Assembly: GCA_963710575.1 (NCBI GenBank)
Contig: CAVQAL010000010.1
Coordinates: 150,531 to 214,530, forward strand
From: an uncultured delta proteobacterium
GTDB lineage: Bacteria > Desulfobacterota > Syntrophia > Syntrophales > Smithellaceae
Length of the DNA stretch: 64,000 nt
Direction of reading: 5' to 3'
The position numbers were made by a program, and so were the translations under genes. This document shows positions 22,600 to 30,661 of this stretch, piece by piece; the stretch's first letter is position 1, and each line of letters begins with the position of its first letter. A model generated the notes under the pieces. It did not search any database. It was not told the origin of the DNA and worked only from the letters and a program-made list of their open reading frames with translations.

Positions 22600-22722
22600 A
22601 TACCAATTTGCTTTCTGCGGCTAACTTTGTTGGCAGCGTCGTCGGCTTCCTCAACGTACGTAAAATACGCCTGCGGAGCTTCCTCCTTGCCGCCGCGTTA
22701 TCCTTTGAAATCAAAATGGTAT
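22600..22722. repeat. Palindromic intergenic repeat, copy A (core CTCAACGTACGTAAAATACGC at 22650-22670)
   Basis: Terminal inverted repeat ATACCAATTTGCTTTC / GAAATCAAAATGGTAT (14 of 16 complementary). Shares its core and flanks with 40908..41022, and its core with 39332..39458. Confidence 0.6.
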
Positions 22723-22745
22723 TATGTTTTTTTGAAGAAGGCTGA

Positions 22746-23417
22746 ATGTTCGTTAAAGTAATCAGTATGAGCGTCATTGGCATGGAATCATACCCTGTGT
22801 TCGTAGAGGTGGACACATCCCAGGGTCTGCCACAATTTGCCACTGTCGGTTTGCCCGATGCTTCGGTTAAAGAAAGCAGGGATCGAATCAAGGCTGCCAT
22901 AAAAAATTCCGGTTACCGTTTCCCCCGCAGTCATGTAACTATTAATCTGGCTCCCGCTGATATAAAAAAAGAAGGAACAGGTTTTGACCTTCCCATTGCT
23001 GTGGGCATCTTGGCAGCGGAAGAATTAATTAAAGAAGCCGCTTTGCAGGATTGTTTTTTTATTGGTGAACTTTCTCTCGATGGCAGCATTAAAGGCGTAA
23101 ACGGCGTTTTACCGGCCGCTTTTAAAGCAAAAGAAATCGGCATCAAGTCGGTCTTTGTTCCCGAAAAAAATGCCGCGGAAGCGGCTATGGTGGAAGGGAT
23201 TAACGTCTTTCCGGTGAAAACACTGCCGGATGTTGTGGAATTTTTAGAAGGACGGAGTAATATCGAGCCTGTTTCTTTGGACATAAGTAAAATTTTTCAA
23301 AAAACCCGTAAATATGAGGTCGATTTTAATGAAATAAAAGATCAGAAGCAGGCAATGAGAGCGCTGGAAATAGCGGCGGCTGGCGGCCATAATGTGATTA
23401 CATTATATTCAGTTTAA
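22746..23417 (+). pseudogene. comM: comM/yifB 5' fragment (Lon-protease-like N-domain up to ..AAAGGHNV), truncated by insertion
   Basis: MFVKVISMSVIGMESYPVFVEVD..GLPDASVKESRDRIKAAI..INLAPADIKKEGTGFDLPIAVGILAA..ALEIAAAGGHNV, then 6 foreign codons and a stop. The continuation [10 protein letters not shown].. is at 36293. Confidence 0.9.
23396..23407 (+). repeat. Left junction repeat GATTACATTATA (candidate att core)
   Basis: Matches GATAACATTATA at 36281-36292 in 11 of 12 positions. It sits exactly where comM homology stops. Confidence 0.55.
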
Positions 23418-23551
23418 TCAAAGAACATTCAAAGCAGCTAACCAGCTGCATGGATTAATGATTTCCTTGGAAAGTATAACTACGAAATAAACATAATGTC
23501 AATCTTAATAAAAAATTTTGAAATGTAAGGCAAAAAGTTTCTTCAGGCACT

Positions 23552-23579
23552 TTGATTCAGTCAACGTATATTGTAAAAT
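23552..23579 (+). promoter_or_regulatory. Candidate promoter of the Rep-like gene
   Basis: TTGATT (23552-57), a 16-nt spacer, then TAAAAT (23574-79). Confidence 0.4.
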
Positions 23580-23594
23580 CTAAACATTAAAAAA

Positions 23595-23656
23595 CCGAGA
23601 CGCCCCTATGCATAGGGGTCACGAAGCGAAGACCCGAAAACTTCGCTTCGTCTCGG
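23595..23656 (+). other. Three-way (Y-shaped) hairpin structure upstream of the Rep-like gene: candidate origin or nick site, or a structured 5' leader
   Basis: Outer stem CCGAGA/TCTCGG encloses hairpin 1, the perfect palindrome CCCCTATGCATAGGGG (23603-18). It also encloses hairpin 2: CGAAGCGAAG / 9-nt loop / CTTCGCTTCG (23622-50). Confidence 0.5.
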
Positions 23657-23682
23657 AAGTAATCTATTCGGGAGATGAAAAA

Positions 23683-24885
23683 ATGAAAGTTAACGAAAAA
23701 GAAGCTTACCATTTCGACAGAATCCACATCAACAGCAAGATTGAACCAGAAATATTGAATCAATTATTGCCTATTGCTGAATTAAAAAAGCACTGCAAAG
23801 GATTTGAAATTTATAAGTCACACCCCTTGTTGCTTAAACACAAGTCATTGATGCAGATTACTGCACCGACATTTAAGACAATTATGATACTTCTGGAGTG
23901 CGAGCGACTGATTGGTGATGATTATATTTTTACCAAGATAGAAATTGCCCGTGACATATTTTTTGGTTCCGAAGGGGAAGCTGAAAGAGTATGTTATCAG
24001 CAATATTTGACAATTAGAAAAAAATTTTCTAACGGCTTCGTCTGGGTTCAACGCAAGAAGAAGTCGCACAAAAGATGGTTGAGGGATTATTTTGTAAGGG
24101 GGCTCTTTTCTGACGCAACCTACTACGCTGTCGATTTTAGGCAAATGGAAACAGATGAGCAAGAAAAACCACAGATAGAAGGAGTGAAGGTAAATCGGCT
24201 ATTGCCTGATGCAATCTGCGATGGTGTGTATTATAAAGACAAGGAAGAGGATGAAAAAAAGAGAGCGCACAGAAGATGGTTGAAGGAACGCAGGAAAAGA
24301 GCTCTTCTTTCTGAAGCAACTCTCACTGAAGAATTTAGAAGAAAAAAATATGGTCAGAAAAAAAAGTCTAAACCGCTTAAGAGTTATAAGCTTTATCCAA
24401 GACTATCTAAAATAAATGGTCGTCCTTGTGTTCATGGAGAATGGCAAATTAATTCAACTACATATATTAAGGACATTACAGGTGTAGAGAAAATATCTGA
24501 TCTATTGACTTTCGATTTTGAAGGCTTCTTCAAAAAAATGGATGCTCGGTATATTGTACACGAACGGATAAACCTTAAGGCTCTCGGAATCTTTTTGATC
24601 GGGTATAATGGTAGGAGAACATTGACAGAGCGACAGAAGATGTATGGTCTTGGGCTTGCAGCACAAACTTTTTGCAATCACTTTAACGTGCAAACATATT
24701 CAGAGCTTGTATTGGCATTGAAAAAAGAAATATTGGAAGCGAAAAAGGCAGTAGGAAAAAAATCTCTTTGGCATCAACGGATGCTTGGTTTGAAAAACTT
24801 TAATCGGTTCAAAGTCGCGTATACGCCTTATAATAATAGTAGTATTATTCTTTTTAAACCTTCATTCTACTGTATTTACAGATGA
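23683..24885 (+). CDS. Rep-like protein (possible replication initiation factor family); function not firmly assigned
   Basis: 401 aa from ATG 23683 (GGGAG RBS). The track start at 23608 would translate through the hairpins. FTKIEIARDIFF and KLYPRLSKINGRPCVHGEWQI resemble blocks of phage/plasmid replication-initiator families. This rests on my recollection only. Confidence 0.4.
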   Translation: MKVNEKEAYHFDRIHINSKIEPEILNQLLPIAELKKHCKGFEIYKSHPLLLKHKSLMQITAPTFKTIMILLECERLIGDDYIFTKIEIARDIFFGSEGEAERVCYQQYLTIRKKFSNGFVWVQRKKKSHKRWLRDYFVRGLFSDATYYAVDFRQMETDEQEKPQIEGVKVNRLLPDAICDGVYYKDKEEDEKKRAHRRWLKERRKRALLSEATLTEEFRRKKYGQKKKSKPLKSYKLYPRLSKINGRPCVHGEWQINSTTYIKDITGVEKISDLLTFDFEGFFKKMDARYIVHERINLKALGIFLIGYNGRRTLTERQKMYGLGLAAQTFCNHFNVQTYSELVLALKKEILEAKKAVGKKSLWHQRMLGLKNFNRFKVAYTPYNNSSIILFKPSFYCIYR

Positions 24886-24900
24886 ATCTTCTTTGAATTA

Positions 24901-25265
24901 GATTGGTATTACATAATGGTAAATATGATTGGTATATTGTTATTAATAATTCCTTCTTATGAGACATTTAATAGGAAAGAATTCTTTGTTTGTATGAGTA
25001 TTGATACCTCAGTTTGTTCTAAAAGAACTCTTAGCTTTGGTATTTGATACAGATCATCTCTGGCATTTGTAGAAATGATTTATTGATGTTTGATTATGGA
25101 AAATTTCTTTTCTTCTGGTAACGCTGCTATAATAAATAATTGGTTTCATCTTGATGGTATTTTTATATAAAAGAATTTTGGAATTATCTGAATAATGGTA
25201 TCTCTTTTTTTTCAATCGACTCTGCTGGAATATAAATAATTGCTGAAAAGTCGATAATGGTACTC
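24901..25265 (+). repeat. Iteron-like field downstream of the Rep-like gene
   Basis: Eight same-strand TGGTA cores at 24904, 24917, 24930, 25038, 25116, 25155, 25196 and 25258. Extended forms are GATTGGTAT (24901, 24927) and ATAATGGTA (24913, 25192, 25254). The region is non-coding and AT-rich. Confidence 0.55.
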
Positions 25266-25487
25266 TTATTTAATCTGTCTTTTTGACAGCAGCTCTCTTT
25301 CTTGCTTCTCTTGCTTGTGAAAAAGTGACAAGCTTCCTGTCATCAAACTGGCGTTTATTTCTCGTTTAAATGCCCCTAGAAGCTTAGATGTCATCATATA
25401 CGAAGCGATATAGGCGTTGAGATTTCGTGGTATTTGGCATTCTGTGAGGTAGAGTATAGGGAGACTTGAACTAAAAGACAGGTACAA
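25266..25487 (-). CDS. Hypothetical small protein (last ORF of the minus-strand operon); doubtful
   Basis: 73-aa track ORF with a TTG start and no clear RBS. An internal ATG would give a 43-aa basic peptide. Confidence 0.25.
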   Translation of the reverse strand: MYLSFSSSLPILYLTECQIPRNLNAYIASYMMTSKLLGAFKREINASLMTGSLSLFHKQEKQERELLSKRQIK

Positions 25488-25512
25488 AACAGAAATTCCT
25501 GTTTAGTTGTAA

Positions 25513-25932
25513 TTAAATTTCTTTAAAGCGACTATTCCAAGTCTTGAATTTATTTTTACAGTAATTTTCCAGCGATTGAAAACTGCCAAAATATTGCATT
25601 GATGTTTTTGAAATAGGATTTTTATATTCGCACTTTTCAATAGAATGTTTACGGCAAGTTATAGGCCGATTCTCATAAATAGAACATTTTCCGTTGTATT
25701 TTAAATGAACACAAGAATTATAGATAAGTAAATACCAACCAGAAGAATCTTTAAATGCCTTTATGTTTTTATGCAATAATTGCCACAATAAACCGTCAAA
25801 GTCGTGGATTGTACGAGGGGGATGTATTTTTTCTGTAATGTATTTGCAGCACAATTGATTGCATTTATTACATTGCGATAATAACTTTTTCTCAAGAGCA
25901 TTCTTCTTCATAATAATTTCGGAACGACGCAT
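25513..25932 (-). CDS. YkgJ-family Cys-cluster (CxxCxxCC-type zinc/iron-chelating) protein
   Basis: 139 aa. QCNKCNQLCCKY plus the distal CVHLKYNGKCSIYENRPITCRKH pattern typical of this family. Confidence 0.65.
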   Translation of the reverse strand: MRRSEIIMKKNALEKKLLSQCNKCNQLCCKYITEKIHPPRTIHDFDGLLWQLLHKNIKAFKDSSGWYLLIYNSCVHLKYNGKCSIYENRPITCRKHSIEKCEYKNPISKTSMQYFGSFQSLENYCKNKFKTWNSRFKEI

Positions 25933-26345
25933 GAACTAATTGTAAGCAGTTCAACTACAGCCCATGCAAAGCAAACAATTGTTAGTATATCAAATGCGAC
26001 ATCTATCCATATTACATTTTCATGAGATGCAAAATATTTATATACCGGATGACAGTCTTTACCATGCATTAATGTACATTCATCGCGATAGTACGCAGAC
26101 CATGATATGAACTTGTTCAGGAAGCTAATGAAAATCTGGCATGCTACACCAATGAGAAATAATCTTATTATGAAATTAATGTTCGGTGATTTGAGCAAAA
26201 ATTCTTTTGCGTCTTTGCTCGTTATGAATATTGCAGGAACTGCGATTCCGAATGCTACAAACCACGAGCGAAGTGTTTTATTATATTCGTTGTAAAGTGC
26301 CAGATTGGCATCACGACTAGCTTTAAGTTTCTCTAACTTTTCCAT
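25908..26345 (-). CDS. Small membrane protein (about 3 TM), unknown function
   Basis: Start taken at ATG 26345 (MEKLEKLKASRDANLALYNEY..), which overlaps the stop of the upstream small ORF (TAATG). Its 3' end overlaps the YkgJ-like start by 25 nt. Confidence 0.5.
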   Translation of the reverse strand: MEKLEKLKASRDANLALYNEYNKTLRSWFVAFGIAVPAIFITSKDAKEFLLKSPNINFIIRLFLIGVACQIFISFLNKFISWSAYYRDECTLMHGKDCHPVYKYFASHENVIWIDVAFDILTIVCFAWAVVELLTISSCVVPKLL

Positions 26346-26485
26346 TATAACCCACCCCCAACTGGAATAACAACGCTTAATAATTTCCACCTGACATCGG
26401 AATGAAATCGGATACCTTCTGCAAGTTCGTGATATTCAGCAAGCAAAACTTCCTTGTCGGGAACAGATTGTACTTTGTTTACCAT
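26345..26485 (-). CDS. 46-aa ORF not in the track, unknown function
   Basis: ATG 26485-26483 is preceded by AGGAGAG. Translation is MVNKVQSVPDKEVLLAEYHELAEGIRFHSDVRWKLLSVVIPVGGGL. Its LLAEYHEL..W..L..V.P segment resembles the N-terminus of the next protein (LALYNEYNKTLRSWFVAFGIAVPAIF). Confidence 0.4.
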   Translation of the reverse strand: MVNKVQSVPDKEVLLAEYHELAEGIRFHSDVRWKLLSVVIPVGGGL

Positions 26486-26578
26486 TTTACTCTCCTGTTA
26501 AAAGGAATGGGCTAACGTTCGGATCAGCGGTGGCTGAAAAACATCCAGTGAATACCATGGTTAGGCTTTTTACTGGTC

Positions 26579-27154
26579 TTATAGAGAGTTGAGAGTTTCA
26601 TAATCTTCTCTTGCAAGTATATCCAATCTGTTATTGATTCTTTCAACTAAATCAGGGTCTCTATTTTCAATTATGAATTGTTTGAGCTTCTCTAATGCCT
26701 CAAAAACGTCTTTTGATAAGACATCTACATTTAAGTTTGGGATACCTGAACTTTCAAATATTAATGGGTATCTCGAGCTAGCTTTTGCGATTCCAGAAGC
26801 TTTTGGGAAAAATTGATGAATTAATCCATGCCTAAATAATTTTACAATTTTCTCACAATTGTCAGAGTATATTTGGGGGAATAAACCGATTCTTTCTGAC
26901 ATCAGATATTTGAAGTTTCCCATCGTATCAGTTTTTCTTGGAGTTGCATCATCTCGGGATAGATAACCAAATAAATCAATGACAGCAAAAAGCATCATTG
27001 CAAGTGGCACTGTACAGCCACGCAAGCCAGTTTCTTTATCAGGTCTGATTTCATTTGTGAGTTTATCAATATCTTGCAAAATATACATTGAAACTTCACT
27101 ACTAAAGAATCCTAATACTCTTTCTTTAGACGGTGAGTTTTCGGAGTTTGTCAT
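26579..27154 (-). CDS. Hypothetical 191-aa protein with an Rx4H motif (FRHGLIHQF); possible HEPN-like fold
   Basis: Track ORF with GAGGAG upstream of the ATG. The only recognisable feature is the R-x4-H motif in a predicted all-helical protein. No homology could be verified. Confidence 0.3.
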   Translation of the reverse strand: MTNSENSPSKERVLGFFSSEVSMYILQDIDKLTNEIRPDKETGLRGCTVPLAMMLFAVIDLFGYLSRDDATPRKTDTMGNFKYLMSERIGLFPQIYSDNCEKIVKLFRHGLIHQFFPKASGIAKASSRYPLIFESSGIPNLNVDVLSKDVFEALEKLKQFIIENRDPDLVERINNRLDILAREDYETLNSL

Positions 27155-27194
27155 ATAGTGGTCTCCTCATGTGACGCTCTCGAAATATTTGTTT

Positions 27195-28231
27195 TTAATC
27201 TTTCAACAGTTCCAATACCTGATCAATGGGAACAGCCACTGAATAGCCCGAATTCTGAGTCTCGTGACTACCTTCATTTGTGAATGGAATAAAATTTGTT
27301 ATCAACCCAATACCATTAAAGTATTTATTTGGGAATTTTTCGTCAACCTCTATGACTATTCCCCCGCTCGTGCCTTGGTATGTCGGACAGTCTAGAATGA
27401 TTGTCTTTAATTTATTATTCTTTCCTGCGACAATACCTTTTCTCAGTAATGGTAGCTTAATATCCAGAAAAGCATTGTTGTTACTGATAGACGTCGGATA
27501 ACCAAAGACAAATACGCCATTACCCTCCAAAACATCATCGAAGAGTTTTAAGGTTGTTGCTGCATCTATGCCAAGGACGCCTGTTCCTTTTATCATTTTC
27601 AATCCATCCTCCTGTCTGATCACTTGTTCCCCTGATTCCAGTTTCACAAGCGTCCGATCCTCACCACGGCTACGTCGCTGTTTGGGTGGTACTTCACTTT
27701 GCCTTCACTCAAGAGCTTTTGTAATTGAATTTCAATTTCATTGCTTTCGCCTTTGCTGAAATCTTTTGGGTAAGAGAATAAATTTGCTATCTTGTCCTTT
27801 AATTGAAGAGTTTGTGATTTTTTGTAAAGTTGTTCTACAGCTTGTGCGAACAACGGCTCTTTTGATGTGTTTTGAATTAGCTCAGCTTTGTCTTTTTCTG
27901 ACATAACGCCGTCAAACCTGAGTTTATTTTTCTCGAAATTATAATGTATTCTGTATAAAAGATGGTAAGGGATCGTTAATCCCTTAGGTAAGACCTTAAG
28001 ATCCGTAGAACTCTCATAAAATAGAACGTGTCTTGCGGCGACAAAATAGATAATGTTATCTTTACCTAAATAGAAACCGCTTCCTGTGTTCATTTTTCCT
28101 TTTAATGGTGCACCTAGGTATAGCACTGGATAACTCAGATTGTCATCTGGTAGAGCCCTCAACTTGTTTGCATGCACGGACGGAATAAGAACCATGAACA
28201 CACCTAGACAAGCTATTAGTTTTCTTACCAA
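27195..28231 (-). pseudogene. Trypsin-like (S1/Trypsin_2) serine protease with signal peptide, split by a frameshift at about 27645
   Basis: ORF 27644..28231 carries the signal peptide and the His box (IYFVAARHVL) and Asp box (DVAVVRI). ORF 27195..27647 carries the Ser box (QGTSGGIV). The ORFs abut at cgcTTGTGAaac. Confidence 0.7.
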
Positions 28232-28676
28232 AGAATTATCATTATTTTGCCCTCCAGTTCACACCTCAATTAATATATAAACTTTGCTTTTTCCGATAAG
28301 TTATGTGTCATAATAGCACTATTCATTCTTTTTAAAAGAAGGAAACTACGTTATCTAATTTACTACGGATTGAAATGTTGTATTTTTGATGAGATTGGCG
28401 ATTTGGTGATTACAGAAAGTAATCTTTGTTTTTATTTATTCATACCTAATTCAACAGATATTTTCGATAAGTTCTAAACTAGAGAAAACAATCCATGTAC
28501 TTGATATTATGTAATATTCCGGTTGACATTACGTTCTTCAGGCATCAAACTTAATACATAATAGAGAGATTCTTTTGAGTATCAATCATTTGGAAGAAAA
28601 AAACCTAATGATTTGAGGTGAAAACCGAACAGAAAACTCAATAGAAAATTTTATAAAAACGAAAGGAGAACAAAAA

Positions 28677-29397
28677 ATGAATACTGAATTAGGAAATGTT
28701 ATCAGTTTCCCTGCGAAGACAGAAAAGCGAAACAGGGCAAAAAGAGACGGCAGCAGAGTGAAGAACATTGACGGTGTTAAGTATTTCAATGACAAACAGA
28801 TCAAAATGATCAGGCGAGCTGTCAGGGATCAAGCTGAGGTTGATGAGAAGAAAGGTAATGTGACGGGGATTAAAGAATGGATGGTTATTGATCTTCTGAC
28901 AAGCACAGGGCTTAGAGTTTCGGAATCAGCAAATTTAAGATGTGGAGATTTAAAGCTCGGTTACTCAGAAAGCAAGATATTTGTTCGTGACGGTAAAGGG
29001 CATCAGTCTGCTCATGTCATCATTCCCGACACGCTTAAAAAGCATTGTAAAGCGTTTTTGAGCTGGAAACAGCAGCAGGGTGAGTCTGTTGGCGATGATG
29101 ATTTTCTGTTTATTGGTCAGAGAGGGAATTGGACAAGTCCGGCTATTCAGCAGATCGTGAAGAAATACCTGCGGCAGCTCGGTCTTTATGAACGTGGAAA
29201 GTCTGTACACTCCTTAAGGCATTCGTACGCTGTTGGAACTTTACTCGAAGATGAAGGACTTGAGGGCGGTGCAAAAGCAACTCAGGCACATTTCAATTCA
29301 GTCAACTTTAATTTACGCGGATATAACAGACAAAACGATGGGAATCAAATCAAAGGACTCTGGAACTGAGCAATATTGTCAAACTGTTTTTAAATAG
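28677..29397 (+). pseudogene. Tyrosine recombinase (phage-integrase family) with a frameshift near 29245
   Basis: Track ORF 28677..29369 reads ..HSLRHSYAVG, then nonsense. Shifting frame after GTTGGAAC gives LYSKMKDLRAVQKQLRHISIQSTLIYADITDKTM..VFK*, containing the catalytic-Tyr box, with the stop at 29395-97. Confidence 0.75.
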
Positions 29398-29885
29398 ATG
29401 TAAATACGAAACTTGATGAATTGTCGTCTCTTGCCGCGGAAACAATTACACCTGAATTTAAACGTTTTGGCATTGAGATTATTAATTTCAATATAGAACG
29501 TATTTCGATTCCAGACGACGAGTTGAAAAAATTTCAGGAAATTCTTGGCAGAAGGATGGAAATCGAACAAATCAGTCAGGCTAAAGTGGGTCAGGCTTAT
29601 GTTACCATGAGAACCTTTGACACGCTTGATAAAGCTGCAGAGAATAGCGGTGCAGCAGGTGGTATCATGGCAGGTGGACTTGGATTAGGTGTGGGACTTG
29701 GAGCTGGGGTGCCAATAGGTCAGCAAATGGGACAATCTATGGACATTAAACCACAAGGGCAAGATTCACAGAAAGCAGACGATGACATGACGAGACTGCA
29801 GAAAGCAAAGCAATTATTGGATGCAGGATTAATTACGCCTGAGGAATTTCAGGCAAAGAAAAAGGAAATACTGGATAAAATATAG
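29394..29885 (+). pseudogene. 5'-truncated SPFH/Band-7 (YdjI-like) gene fragment with a Gly-rich linker and C-terminal SHOCT motif
   Basis: The open frame starts immediately after a stop at 29391-93: IDVNTKLDELSSLAAETITPEFKRFGIEIINFNIERISIPDDE.. (SPFH C-terminal part), then GAAGGIMAGGLGLGVGLGAG, then LQKAKQLLDAGLITPEEFQAKKKEIL (SHOCT-like). No N-terminal half exists upstream. Confidence 0.6.
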
Positions 29886-29890
29886 CCTAT

Positions 29891-30648
29891 ATGAAAACTG
29901 ATAACATATCAAAAGCATCAATTGTTGGTTTTTTTATAACGGCAATCACGGTTGTGATATTGCCGCTCCTCATAATACCTGCCGAACATAGATCAGAGTA
30001 TTTCTGGTTTAAGATTCTCTGGGTTGAAGTTCTTGCCGCTTTAGCATGGGGATACTTAGGTGGAGGCATGCAATCAATCCTATATTCCTCCACGCAAGGC
30101 AACAGATCGGCTGCTTTAATACCTGCTTTGGGCATAACGGTTTTCTTTTATATAGGATTCAGCTTAATCTTTTTGCTATCCAGCTCTTATAGTTCCGATA
30201 ATTCCTGGTTAAATCGATATCATTTGGCACTGCAGGTCTTTATAACTTTTCTATTTTGATCACTAATATTGGTCTTTATACTATTGCAATAATCACTTCA
30301 AAAGATTCAAAGACTTTTTCATCAGAAGTAAAAACCCCTGAACAATTGGCTGTAATGCTTCAGTCGGAGGAAACACGGCTCTCAATAATTCCAGAAGCTA
30401 CAAAAGAAGTAAAACTTTTAATCCAATCATTAAAATCTCTAAGAGAGAAAATATCATACTCTTTGCCCACTATTCAGATTATGGGAAATGATCCTCAGTA
30501 TATCGATTTTGTGGGACAAGTTAACACATTTATTGGCTCTGTCAAAAATTGTAGTGATGAGTTGGCATTAAAGAAAAATGGTCTACGAGAAAAGGCAGAA
30601 TCTTTATTACGCCATGTTGATGTGATAGCTGCAAACTCAAAAAAATAG
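29891..30648 (+). CDS. 5-TM membrane protein with a cytoplasmic helical tail, split in the track by a frameshift in a T-run (30254-30257)
   Basis: ORFs 29891..30259 and 30256..30648 overlap at cTATTTTGAtc. Joining them gives one continuous TM helix ..LALQVFITFLF-LITNIGLYTIAIIT... Confidence 0.5.
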
Positions 30649-30661
30649 GAAGGTATGAATT

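Noticed and set aside
22746-23417. Treating 22746..23417 and 36293..37168 as two independent small genes (a Lon-like domain protein and a stand-alone AAA+ ATPase).
   Set aside because: The break falls between ..GGHNV and [10 protein letters not shown], inside the contiguous and universally conserved ComM/YifB nucleotide-binding region. The left piece ends in six unrelated codons, so they are halves of one interrupted gene.
23608-23682. Track start codon at 23608 for the Rep-like ORF (MHRGHEAKTRKLRFVSEV..).
   Set aside because: These codons are the arms of the perfect hairpins at 23595-23656. ATG 23683 has a GGGAG RBS, so the upstream extension is most likely non-coding structure.
24901-25265. 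Whether the repeat field after the Rep-like gene is a CRISPR array or a tandem repeat.
   Set aside because: The repeated units are only 5-9 nt (TGGTA cores) with irregular spacing of 13-108 nt. There are no 25-40-nt identical repeats or uniform spacers. Iteron-like binding sites fit better.
29379-29397. 15 of 18 identity between the 3' ends of the tyrosine- and serine-recombinase genes (..GT(T/A)TTTAAATAG, both ending VFK*), considered as a possible shared recombination site.
   Set aside because: The match is short, AT-rich and does not extend past the stop codons, so chance similarity is plausible. I mention it under the nested-insertion finding but make no claim.
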